DNA of 64,000 nucleotides from assembly GCF_025354435.1 (NCBI RefSeq), contig NZ_JANXMU010000024.1:2949-66948 (forward strand), in the 5' to 3' direction. Shown in pieces: positions 9,514 to 18,414 of this stretch; the first letter of the stretch is position 1; each line of letters starts with the position of its first letter. Source of the stretch: Rhodoferax sp. (lineage in GTDB: Bacteria; Pseudomonadota; Gammaproteobacteria; Burkholderiales; Burkholderiaceae_C). The position numbers and the translations under genes were made by a program. The notes beneath the pieces are model-generated. The model was not told the DNA's origin, searched no databases, and saw nothing but the letters and a program-made list of their open reading frames with translations.

Positions 9514-10332
9514 CTAGAAGTGGTAGTCGGCGCGGACCATTGGCGTTTTGGCCGTGGTACCGGTGATGGTGCCGGGGTTGCCAAACTTGTTGCGCCAGTA
9601 TTGGTAGCCGATGCCGACACGGAAGGTGTTTTTGCTGGAACCGAGTGTGGGGCTCAGGTCATAAAAAATGGAGCCGTCGAAATTGGTTTCGGGCGAGGTG
9701 GTGCCGCCAAATTCGTTGTTTCCCTTGGTTCCGATGTAGTTCATGTAGCCCTCGAACGACAGCCCGGTGCCGCCGATCGGTACACCCTAGGCCAACGTGA
9801 GCATGGGATGCGTTTTGTAGCTGTAACGGCTGGCGGTGCCGATGGGGAAATTGCTTTCTTTCAATACCAGCAGGCTGACGTTCAGAAAGCCTGGTACGTC
9901 GACCATCAGCGTGGGGCCCACCACAAGCATGCGCTTTTTGGAGGCGTAGTTGGGGTCGTTTTTGGTGTTCCAGTCAAAACCTGCCGTCAGGCCCAGGCCG
10001 CGCACCGGGCCGAAAGCAAAGCTTTTGCCGGTGACTTTGCCCAAGTCCAGGGTGTGGCGGTAGACTAGGTAGGCCTCTTGGGCACCGTGGTCGGTGGAGT
10101 CCGATTCGAGGATGTCCAGGTTCAGGTAGTTGCTGCCGTATTTGTAACCACTGGCATGGGTGATGTTGACGATGTTTTTGGAAATATCGCTGGGATTGAA
10201 TGGTTCCCGAAAGCTGTTGCCGTATCGGTAGCCGATGGAGGTGTCGCTCCAGTCCGCAGCGTGTGCCAGCGTGCCGGTGGTCAAAGCCGCTGCGGCTGCC
10301 AAAACAAGCGTGCCTGTGCATGTGAATTTCAT
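9514..10332 (-). pseudogene. Tsx/OmpK-like outer-membrane beta-barrel channel interrupted by one in-frame TAG (9789..9787)
   Basis: Track ORFs 9787..10389 and 9514..9744 are in the same frame (offset 273 nt). Read-through gives ..HPMLTLA*GVPIGGTGLSFEGYMNYIGTKG...RADYHF. The signal peptide MKFTCTGTLVLAAAAALTTGTLAHA starts at ATG 10332. The protein ends in an aromatic residue. Confidence 0.65.
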
Positions 10333-10400
10333 CGTGTATCCCTGGTGGTTAAGTGAACTGATTGCCCACTTCCACAGTGCAAACACCATACCAACAAATA

Positions 10401-10473
10401 CTTACATTTATTTCAAAAAATATAGCTATCTGTGTATGCCGGATATGCGCTAAAGGCCTGAAAACTTTGTAAG
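10401..10473 (-). repeat. AT-rich palindromic repeat family copy (intergenic)
   Basis: ..aaaaaatatagctatctgtgtatgccggatatgcgctaaaggcctgaaaac.. aligns with 56827..56888 (atagctgctagtgtaggtagtacatacgctagaggcct). Confidence 0.7.
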
Positions 10474-10498
10474 TGTGCGGAGATGCACCATCCAAAGG

Positions 10499-10536
10499 CA
10501 ACAGGGCAGGATGGCTTCCACCATCCTGCCCTGTTG
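10499..10536 (-). terminator. Perfect 16-bp-stem hairpin downstream of the cyanophycin synthetase operon
   Basis: caacagggcaggatgg-cttcca-ccatcctgccctgttg lies 37 nt after the cphA stop. There is no clear U-run, so it may be a Rho-dependent or stability hairpin. Confidence 0.5.
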
Positions 10537-10572
10537 CAGTGCAGCATAAACCGCCCACAGGCAGAGAGCGTT

Positions 10573-13140
10573 CTAGGCCGCGGCTACCCGTTGCGCCAGG
10601 TGCGCCAGGGCTTCTTCCACCTGGTCCACCAAGATTAAACACAGGTCGCCGGGTTGCAAGCGCGCCAAGGCGTGGTCGATGGCGATGAATTCGCCGTAGA
10701 TCTCGTCCACCGTGCGGGTGCGCTGGGCATTGGCCAGGCCTTCGCGCAGCAGCTTGACCACTTCGCCATCGGCACGGCCCCGCTGGCAGGCATCTTCGAA
10801 CAGGATCACGTCGTCAAACGCGTCACCCAAAATCACGGTTTGTTCGCGGATGTCTTCGTCGCGCCGGTCTCCAGCACCGCTGATGACCACCGAGCGTCGC
10901 TTGGCAGGCATGGCCTCTACGGCGGACACCAGGGCGCGCATGGCATCCGGGTTGTGGCCGTAGTCGGCAATCACCGTGGCACCCTTGTAGTCCATCACGT
11001 TAAAGCGGCCGGGGGCGTTGTCGGCATCGTTGGAAAAGCTCGACAGGCCGCGGCGGATGGTGTCCCAGTTCATGCCCACGCCCCAGGCGGCGGCCACCGA
11101 GGCCATGGCGTTGTCCACCTGGAAGGCAATGGTGCCGGCGCGGGTCAGCGGCACATCGCGCAGGGCGATCTGTTCGCGCCACGAGCCCACGGCGGCAACG
11201 ATGTGGTCGCCATCGACATACACCGTGCGCCGCCCCTGGGCGCGGTGGGTGGCCATCACCGGGTGGTGGCGGTCGGCGGTGAAGTAGATGACGTTGCCGG
11301 GGCAGGCCGTGGCCATGGCGGCGACGATGGGGTCGGCGGCATTCAGCACGGCGTAACCGGTGGCGGGCACGTTTTGCACGATGACGCGTTTGAGCACTGC
11401 CAGGTCTTCCACCGTGGTGATGTAGTTCAGGCCCAGGTGGTCGCCTGCGCCGATATTGGTGACCACGGCCACCTGGCAGCGGTCAAAGCCCAAGCCTTCG
11501 CGCAGCATGCCGCCGCGGGCGGTTTCAAACACCGCAGCATCCACATCGGGGTGCATCAGCACATTGCGGGCGCTTTTGGGGCCCGAGCAGTCGCCGCTGT
11601 CGATCTGGCGGCCATTGACGTAGACACCGTCGGTGTTGGTCATGCCGACGCGCAGGCCGCTGCTGGTGAAGAGGTGGGCGATCAGGCGGGCGGTGGTGGT
11701 TTTGCCGTTGGTGCCGGTAACGGCCACCACCGGAATGCGGCCATCGTCGCCCGCCGCATACAGGTTGCTGACCATGGCTTCACCCACATTGCGGCCCTTG
11801 CCGAACGAGGGCGAGATGTGCATGCGCAGGCCGGGTGCGGCGTTGACTTCGACGATGCCGCCGTGCTGGTCTTCCAGCGGCTTGAGCATGCTTTCGCAGA
11901 CCACGTCCACGCCGCAGATGTGCAAGCCGATCATCTGGGCAGCGGCCACCGCCTGGGCGGCGACGGCGGGGTGCACGTCGTCGGTCACGTCGGTGGCGGT
12001 GCCGCCAGTGCTCAGGTTGGCGTTGTTACGCAGAATCACGCGGCGGCCGATGGTGGGCACCGAGTCCGGGGCCAGATCTTGCAGCGCCAGCCGGGCGATG
12101 GCGATGTCGTCAAAGCGGATCTTGGTCAGCGAGGTGGCATGGCCTTCGCCGCGCTTGGGGTCGGAGTTGACGATATCCACCAGCTCGCGCACGGTGTGTA
12201 CGCCGTCGCCCAGCACCTGGGGTGGGTCGCGGCGGGCTGCAGCCACCAGCTTGTTGCCCACCACCAGCAGGCGGAAGTCGCTGCCGGGCAAGAATTTCTC
12301 GACCATCACTTCGCCGATTTCGGCAGCCGCCGCGAAGGCCGCTTCCAGGTGCGCGCGGTCTACGATGTTGACCGTCACGCCCTTGCCCTGATTGCCGTCT
12401 TGCGGCTTCACCACCACGGGCAAGCCGATTTCCATTGCTACTTGCCAGGCTTCGTCCAGCGTTTCCACCGGGCGGCCCAGCGGGACCGGAACACCGGCGG
12501 CGTGCAGCAGTTTTTTGGTCAGGTCTTTGTCCTGGGCGATGGCTTCGGACACGGCGCTGGTCAGGTCGAATTCCGCGGCCTGGATGCGGCGCTGGCGCGA
12601 ACCCCAGCCAAATTGCACCATGCTGCCCTTGGTCAGGCGGCGGTAGGGGATGCCCCGGGCCACGGCGGCATCCACGATGGCCCCGGTGCTGGGGCCCATG
12701 CGCTCGTCCTCGTCGGTTTCGCGCAGCTGGGCGATGGCGGCATCTTTGTCGAATGCGGTGTGGTTCAGCGCCGCCTGTATCAGGGCCTGGGCCAATTCCA
12801 GCGCCTGGCGGCCCACGGCTTCTTCGCTGTACTCCACCACCACCTGGTAGATGCCAGTCTGTTCGGTAGCCGAGGTGCGGCTGAAGGTGACCGGGCAGCC
12901 AGCCTGGGCCTGCAGCGCCAACGTGGCGGCTTCCAGCACATGGGCCAGCGACACCGAACCGTGTTCGCGGTTGGGGCGCAACGGTCCGATGGCGGGGAAC
13001 AGGGCGCGCACGGCGACCTCGAACCCGGGAATCTGGGCAATAGCCTGCTCAGATTCCGCGCAGGCCACCACGGCTTCCACAGCGGTATGGCGGCTCCAAA
13101 GATTAGGGCCGCGCAGGGCCCGGATGCGTGAGACTTCCAT
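10573..13140 (-). CDS. cphA: Cyanophycin synthetase (855 aa, canonical)
   Basis: MEVSRIRALRGPNLWS.. N domain, then an ATP-grasp domain, then a Mur-ligase-like M domain with an intact P-loop VAVTGTNGKTTTARL (11715..11695). Confidence 0.9.
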   Translation of the reverse strand: MEVSRIRALRGPNLWSRHTAVEAVVACAESEQAIAQIPGFEVAVRALFPAIGPLRPNREHGSVSLAHVLEAATLALQAQAGCPVTFSRTSATEQTGIYQVVVEYSEEAVGRQALELAQALIQAALNHTAFDKDAAIAQLRETDEDERMGPSTGAIVDAAVARGIPYRRLTKGSMVQFGWGSRQRRIQAAEFDLTSAVSEAIAQDKDLTKKLLHAAGVPVPLGRPVETLDEAWQVAMEIGLPVVVKPQDGNQGKGVTVNIVDRAHLEAAFAAAAEIGEVMVEKFLPGSDFRLLVVGNKLVAAARRDPPQVLGDGVHTVRELVDIVNSDPKRGEGHATSLTKIRFDDIAIARLALQDLAPDSVPTIGRRVILRNNANLSTGGTATDVTDDVHPAVAAQAVAAAQMIGLHICGVDVVCESMLKPLEDQHGGIVEVNAAPGLRMHISPSFGKGRNVGEAMVSNLYAAGDDGRIPVVAVTGTNGKTTTARLIAHLFTSSGLRVGMTNTDGVYVNGRQIDSGDCSGPKSARNVLMHPDVDAAVFETARGGMLREGLGFDRCQVAVVTNIGAGDHLGLNYITTVEDLAVLKRVIVQNVPATGYAVLNAADPIVAAMATACPGNVIYFTADRHHPVMATHRAQGRRTVYVDGDHIVAAVGSWREQIALRDVPLTRAGTIAFQVDNAMASVAAAWGVGMNWDTIRRGLSSFSNDADNAPGRFNVMDYKGATVIADYGHNPDAMRALVSAVEAMPAKRRSVVISGAGDRRDEDIREQTVILGDAFDDVILFEDACQRGRADGEVVKLLREGLANAQRTRTVDEIYGEFIAIDHALARLQPGDLCLILVDQVEEALAHLAQRVAAA

Positions 13141-15386
13141 CAGTCGGTCTTTCTATCTTCTTGTTCGGTACGGGGTGCGGCCGGGGGCAGGGTGGCGCGT
13201 ACAGGGGGCGTGGGGCGGACGGTGGGCAGGTCCAGTTCGAAGGTCTTGAGCCCGGCCACAATCAAATCGGGCGAAATATCCATCGCCCAAGCGGCGGCAA
13301 TCGAAGCCAGGATGGGCTCCAGCTGCGCCGGAGTGGTCCAGTTGGCGGTGAGCCGCTCCAGGTTGACCAGCGGCACTTCGGCACTGCCGGTAGCCAGCAT
13401 GATGTGGCCTTTGTGGATGATGACTGCTCTGCCGCCTAAAGCACGGTGTGCAATGGTGGTGGGGAGTAGCGGGTCAATTCCATACAAAATGGCGGAGCCG
13501 TCGCAAAGCTCGGCCATCGCGGCCACGCGCTCGTCCACAGCATTCAGCACGGCCACGCCTTCGGCCAGCACTACGTCCACCTGGGTGCGTAGCACTTTCA
13601 CCAGTTGGTCGTCTTCGGTAATGTCGAATTCGGCCAGCGTGGAGGCGCCACCCAGGTCGGTAACGATGCCGACGATGCAGCGGTCGTAGGCCAGGCCATC
13701 GCGCAGGATGCTGGCGGCCCCGTTTTCGATTACGGCGGCTTCCATCGAGCGGTTGATCAGCAGGCGGTGGGCTGGTTCCCAGTGGGCGCAGTCCTTGGTT
13801 TCGATGCGCCGGGTGTCCAGAAACAAGCCGTCGCGGCAGGCCAGGCCGACGCGCTTACCGCTCAGGTGCAACAGCCAGGCGACCAGCCGGGCGATGGTGT
13901 GCGTGCCCTGGGTACCGGCCACGCCCACGATGGGGATGCGGCCGGTCTCGTCTTCGTCAAACAGGTGGTCTACGATGGCGCGGCCTACCGGGCGGGGCGA
14001 GCCCTCGGCGGGTTTCAGGTGCATCAGCAAGCCTGGGCCGGCGTTGACTTCCACAATCGCGCCGCCCTGGGGGCCTAGCGGTTTGGAGATGTCTTCGCAC
14101 ACCACGTCCACCCCGGCAATGTCCAACCCGACGATGCGCGCCGCCAGAGACACGATGTGGTCCACCTCGGGGTGCATCAAGTCAGTGCAGTCGATGGCGA
14201 CGTTGCCGTTGCGTTGGATCAGCACCTGTTTGCCCGCCGCGGGCACCGCATCAGGCGAGAGACCCTGGCGCTGCAGGTCCAGCAGCACAGCTTCGTCTTT
14301 GTAGGTGTCGATCAGGCCCAGCGGCGCGTCTTCGTGGGTGCCACGGCGCGGGTCGGTGTTGATGTGTGCGTCTACCAGTTCGGCCACGGTGGACTGGCCG
14401 TTGCCCGTGACCCAGGCGACCGAACCCCGGGCGGCGGCGACCACGCGGCCACCCACCACCAGCAGGCGGTGCTCGTTGCCGCGCACAAAGCGCTCGACCA
14501 GCACTTCGCTGCCGTGCTGCTCGGCCACCAGGTAGGCAGCTTCCACATCGGCCTGGGTGCTCAGGTCCAGTGCCACGCCCCGGCCGTGGTTGCCGTCGGA
14601 CGGCTTTACTACTACCGGCAGGCCCACGTCTTGTGCGGCATCCCAGGCGGCTTGCGGGCTGTCGACCACCACGCCTTCGGGCACCGGCACGCCGCAGGAC
14701 TGCAGCAGGGTCTTGGTCAGATCTTTGTCGTGGGCAATGCCCTCGGCAATCGCGCTGGTGAATTCGGTTTCGGCCGTCCAGATGCGGCGCTGGCGGGCAC
14801 CATGGCCCAGTTGCACCAGGTTGCCGTCGTTCAGGCGGATGTGCGGGATGCTGCGGTCGGTGGCGGCGGCCACGATGCAGGCGGTGCTGGGGCCGAGGTA
14901 GCAGTCGTCGACCTCGGTGCGCACAGCGGCAACGGCAGCGGACACGTCAAACGGCTGGTCGTTGATGGCGGCCATCAGCAACCGGTGGCCCTGGGCCAGG
15001 GCGGTGCGGGCAACCTGCTCGTCGCGGGCCCGGAACACCATGCGGTACACGCCGCGCTGCGAGGTGCTGCGGGTCTGACCAAAGCCGGTGGGCATGCCCG
15101 CTAGGTTCAGCAGCTCGATGACCACGTGCTCCAGCGTATGGCCGGCCCAGGTGCCCTCTACCAGCCGCTGCAGAAAGCCGCCACGCTCGCCCACGCCGCA
15201 GTGGTGCTCCACCAGGGCGGGCAGCAGGGCGACCAGACGGTCGGTAAAACCGGGCAGCAGGTTAGAAGGAAATTCTTCCAGTTCCCCCAGGTCGAGCCAG
15301 ACTTCGAGGGCGGGCCGGTAGGTCCAGATGTTGGGGCCACGCAAATAATTGATGCGCAGCAGTTGGATATCGTCCTTGGGGCTCAT
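13140..15386 (-). CDS. Cyanophycin synthetase paralog (748 aa) with a degenerate M-domain P-loop
   Basis: LLRINYLRGPNIWTYRPALEVWLDLGELE.. has the same three-domain layout. The M-domain P-loop reads VGVAGTQGTHTIARL (13916..13896), so the Lys is lost. Its stop overlaps the downstream cphA ATG by 1 nt. Confidence 0.85.
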   Translation of the reverse strand: MSPKDDIQLLRINYLRGPNIWTYRPALEVWLDLGELEEFPSNLLPGFTDRLVALLPALVEHHCGVGERGGFLQRLVEGTWAGHTLEHVVIELLNLAGMPTGFGQTRSTSQRGVYRMVFRARDEQVARTALAQGHRLLMAAINDQPFDVSAAVAAVRTEVDDCYLGPSTACIVAAATDRSIPHIRLNDGNLVQLGHGARQRRIWTAETEFTSAIAEGIAHDKDLTKTLLQSCGVPVPEGVVVDSPQAAWDAAQDVGLPVVVKPSDGNHGRGVALDLSTQADVEAAYLVAEQHGSEVLVERFVRGNEHRLLVVGGRVVAAARGSVAWVTGNGQSTVAELVDAHINTDPRRGTHEDAPLGLIDTYKDEAVLLDLQRQGLSPDAVPAAGKQVLIQRNGNVAIDCTDLMHPEVDHIVSLAARIVGLDIAGVDVVCEDISKPLGPQGGAIVEVNAGPGLLMHLKPAEGSPRPVGRAIVDHLFDEDETGRIPIVGVAGTQGTHTIARLVAWLLHLSGKRVGLACRDGLFLDTRRIETKDCAHWEPAHRLLINRSMEAAVIENGAASILRDGLAYDRCIVGIVTDLGGASTLAEFDITEDDQLVKVLRTQVDVVLAEGVAVLNAVDERVAAMAELCDGSAILYGIDPLLPTTIAHRALGGRAVIIHKGHIMLATGSAEVPLVNLERLTANWTTPAQLEPILASIAAAWAMDISPDLIVAGLKTFELDLPTVRPTPPVRATLPPAAPRTEQEDRKTD

Positions 15387-15540
15387 GTTTTTGGCGTAAG
15401 TAGTGTCCGGGCGGCCCGGCTGCTGGTGGCTAATGTGCGCAGGTGCATATGGTAATTAGAAATGGACTTGGCATCGGCGAGAATCTGATGCCCCGACGAG
15501 GCACCGGCGCTTGGCCAGAAATCTTAGGGTCTTTATATAC

Positions 15541-17817
15541 ATGCAACATCATCATCCCGTCGAATTAAGCAGTGGCTTGCAATCGCAGCTCCTCTCCCAC
15601 GAGAACGCCCTAGTCAGCTTGTCCGTTGACCTGGATGCCCAGCTGCGCTTTGCACCGGGGCTGCTGACCCTGACCGACCAACGCCTGCTGAGCCACCAGG
15701 ACGGCACTTGGCAGGCCTGGCCGCTCACGCCCGGTCTGGCCTTGCGCCATTTTGACCACGCCGGTGTCGGCACGCTGGAGCTGCACGACACCCAGACCCG
15801 GCTGGCCCGCTGGCGCTACACCCTGGCTGCCGACCCGCAGGCGCAGCGCCTGGTCAAACTGTTTGACCAGCGCGCGGCCCCCCTGGAGCTGAGCCTGGAC
15901 GAACCTGGCCAGTGCCCTACCTGCCACGCGCCCCTGCCACCCGACAGCGAAGAGTGCCCGGTCTGCCAGCGCGAGCTGCATACCCCGCCGTCCACTTGGG
16001 TGCTGTTGCGCCTGTGGCGCTTTGCCAAGCCGTACCGCAAGCAGTTGGCGGCCGGTTTTGCGCTGACCATGGCCTCGACTGCCGCGTCCATGATTCCGCC
16101 TTATTTGGCGATTCCGCTGATGGATGAAATCCTGATCCCGTTCCAGAACGGGCAGACTATCGAGCCGCATAAGGTGGTGGTCTACCTGGGTGGCCTGTTT
16201 GGTGCGGCGGTCTTGGGCTGGGGGCTGAACTGGGCCCGCACGTACATCCTGTCATTGGTGTCCGAGCGCATTGGGGCCGACCTGCGCACCACCACCTTCG
16301 ACCACCTGCTGGAGCTGTCGCTAGACTATTTTGGCGGCAAGCGCACCGGCGACCTGATGTCCCGCATCGGCTCGGAAACCGACCGCATTTGCGTGTTTTT
16401 GTCGCTGCACGCGCTGGACTTTGCCACCGACGTGCTGATGATCTCCATGACGGCGGTGATTTTGTTCTACCAAAACCCGTTGTTGGCACTGGTGACCCTG
16501 ATTCCGTTGCCCTTTATCGCCTGGATGATCCACACCGTGCGCGACCGTCTGCGCACTGGCTTCGAGAAGATCGACCGGGTCTGGTCCGAGGTCACCAATG
16601 TGCTGGCCGACACCATTCCCGGCATTCGCGTAGTAAAGGCTTTTGCGCAAGAAAAGCGCGAGGCTGAGCGCTTTCGCACTGCCAATCGGCACAACCTGGA
16701 AGCCAACGACCGGCTCAACAAGATCTGGTCGCTGTTTTCGCCCACCGTCTCGCTGCTGACCGAAATCGGCCTGCTGGTGGTCTGGGCGTTTGGTATCTGG
16801 TTGGTATCCAAACAGCAGATCACCGTGGGCGTGTTGACCGCCTTTGTGGCCTACATCGGCCGTTTCTACACCCGGCTGGACTCGATGAGCCGCATTGTGT
16901 CGGTGACGCAAAAGGCCGCCGCCGGTGCGAAGCGGATTTTTGACATCCTGGACCACGTGTCCAACGTACCCGAGCCCACCCAGCCCGTGCCGGTGCCCGT
17001 CAGCGCCAGTACCGGCGGCGTGCGCGGCCAGATCGAGATGAAGGGCATTGGTTTCCGCTATGGCAACCGCGCCGTCATCCGCGACCTGGACCTGGTGATC
17101 CGCCCTGGCGACATGATTGGCCTGGTGGGCCACAGCGGCTCGGGCAAGAGTACGCTGGTGAACCTGATCTGCCGTTTTTACGACGTGACCGACGGCTCCA
17201 TCCAGGTGGACGGCACCGATATCCGCCGCTACGCCGTGGCCGATTACCGGCGCAACATCGGCCTGGTGCTGCAAGAGCCCTTTCTGTTCTTTGGCACCAT
17301 CGCCGAGAACATCGCCTACGGCAAGCCCGATGCGACCCGCCGAGAAATCGTGGCCGCCGCCCGTGCCGCCCACGCACATGAGTTCATCCTGCGCCTGCCC
17401 CAGGGCTACGACTCGCTGGTAGGCGAGCGCGGCCAGGGCCTGTCGGGCGGTGAGCGCCAGCGCATCTCGATTGCCCGTGCGCTGCTGATCGATCCGCGTA
17501 TTTTGATTTTGGATGAAGCCACTTCCTCGGTCGATACCGAAACCGAAAACGAAATCCAGAAGGCGTTGGACAACCTGGTACAGGGCCGCACCACCATCGC
17601 CATCGCCCACCGTTTGTCCACCCTGCGCAAGGCCGACCGCCTGGTGGTGATGGACCGGGGCCGCGTGGTCGAGGTCGGCCCGCACGAAGAGCTGATGGCC
17701 CGCGAGGGCGCCTACTGGCGGCTGTACCAGGCGCAACTACGCCGCACCGAGAGCGAAGACGAGGGCCTGAGCCTGTCGCGCCCCACCGAGCACTCAGCCC
17801 ACCCCGCAGGAAACTAA
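15541..17817 (+). CDS. ABC exporter (fused TMD-NBD) with a ~150-aa N-terminal cytosolic extension containing a CxxC..CxxC zinc ribbon
   Basis: ATG 15541 gives MQHHHPVEL. The zinc ribbon is CPTCHAPLPPDSEECPVCQ (15913..15966). Six predicted TM helices are followed by Walker A GHSGSGKST, signature LSGGERQR and Walker B ILILDEATS. It is divergent from the cphA pair. Confidence 0.85.
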   Translation: MQHHHPVELSSGLQSQLLSHENALVSLSVDLDAQLRFAPGLLTLTDQRLLSHQDGTWQAWPLTPGLALRHFDHAGVGTLELHDTQTRLARWRYTLAADPQAQRLVKLFDQRAAPLELSLDEPGQCPTCHAPLPPDSEECPVCQRELHTPPSTWVLLRLWRFAKPYRKQLAAGFALTMASTAASMIPPYLAIPLMDEILIPFQNGQTIEPHKVVVYLGGLFGAAVLGWGLNWARTYILSLVSERIGADLRTTTFDHLLELSLDYFGGKRTGDLMSRIGSETDRICVFLSLHALDFATDVLMISMTAVILFYQNPLLALVTLIPLPFIAWMIHTVRDRLRTGFEKIDRVWSEVTNVLADTIPGIRVVKAFAQEKREAERFRTANRHNLEANDRLNKIWSLFSPTVSLLTEIGLLVVWAFGIWLVSKQQITVGVLTAFVAYIGRFYTRLDSMSRIVSVTQKAAAGAKRIFDILDHVSNVPEPTQPVPVPVSASTGGVRGQIEMKGIGFRYGNRAVIRDLDLVIRPGDMIGLVGHSGSGKSTLVNLICRFYDVTDGSIQVDGTDIRRYAVADYRRNIGLVLQEPFLFFGTIAENIAYGKPDATRREIVAAARAAHAHEFILRLPQGYDSLVGERGQGLSGGERQRISIARALLIDPRILILDEATSSVDTETENEIQKALDNLVQGRTTIAIAHRLSTLRKADRLVVMDRGRVVEVGPHEELMAREGAYWRLYQAQLRRTESEDEGLSLSRPTEHSAHPAGN

Positions 17818-17819
17818 GC

Positions 17820-18293
17820 ATGACATCTACCCCTGATTTCTTGCTGGAACGCGATGCGTTCGGCCGCCTGGCCGTGGTTTTCACCACCGGCGAACGCCAT
17901 GAAGGCGTGGTGCCGGTGCGCGCTTTCCCAATTGCTGCGCCGGACGAGGGCGTGTCCCTGGTCGGCACCGAGGGCCACGAACTGGTGTGGATTGACAGCC
18001 TCAGCGGCTTGCCCCCCGCCGTCCACAGCCTGCTGGTGGAGGAGCTGGCCGCTCGCGAATTTGTGCCCGAGATCCTGCGGGTCAAGGCCGTGTCTACCTT
18101 CTCCACGCCCAGCGTCTGGACGGTGGAAACCGACCGTGGCGACACCGACTTTGTGCTCAAAACCGAAGAAGACATCCGCCGCCTGGGCCGTACCGGCTTG
18201 CTGATTGCCGGTGGCGCAGGCGTGCAGTTCAGCGTGCGCGACATGACGGCGCTGGACCGGGGCTCGCGCAGGCTGTTGGAGCGATTTTTGTAA
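17820..18293 (+). CDS. DUF1854 family protein
   Basis: 157 aa. It starts 3 nt after the ABC stop. FLLERDAFGRLAVVFTTGERHEGVVPVRAFPIA..WIDSLSGLP..EFVPEILRVKAV matches my recollection of DUF1854. Confidence 0.7.
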   Translation: MTSTPDFLLERDAFGRLAVVFTTGERHEGVVPVRAFPIAAPDEGVSLVGTEGHELVWIDSLSGLPPAVHSLLVEELAAREFVPEILRVKAVSTFSTPSVWTVETDRGDTDFVLKTEEDIRRLGRTGLLIAGGAGVQFSVRDMTALDRGSRRLLERFL

Positions 18294-18370
18294 GTTGTCT
18301 ATCCGGGCGTAAAGTTTTTTTAATATTTTTAGAAATAGGCCTAAATAACCCTGCATTTCTGCCGTTAACC
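18290..18370. repeat. Degenerate copy or fragments of the AT-rich repeat family (intergenic)
   Basis: tttttttaatatttttagaaataggcctaaataaccctgc shares the AAATAGGCCT and A/T-tract arm, but the second arm is not evident. Confidence 0.4.
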
Positions 18371-18414
18371 AAAGTACGAGGTCTGAAAAAAGTATCCACA
18401 GACTCCCTTACCTG

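Noticed and set aside
10654-13131. An 825-aa plus-strand ORF
   Set aside because: It is exactly antisense to cyanophycin synthetase. The composition is repetitive G/A/H/V/D with no family signature, so it is a shadow ORF.
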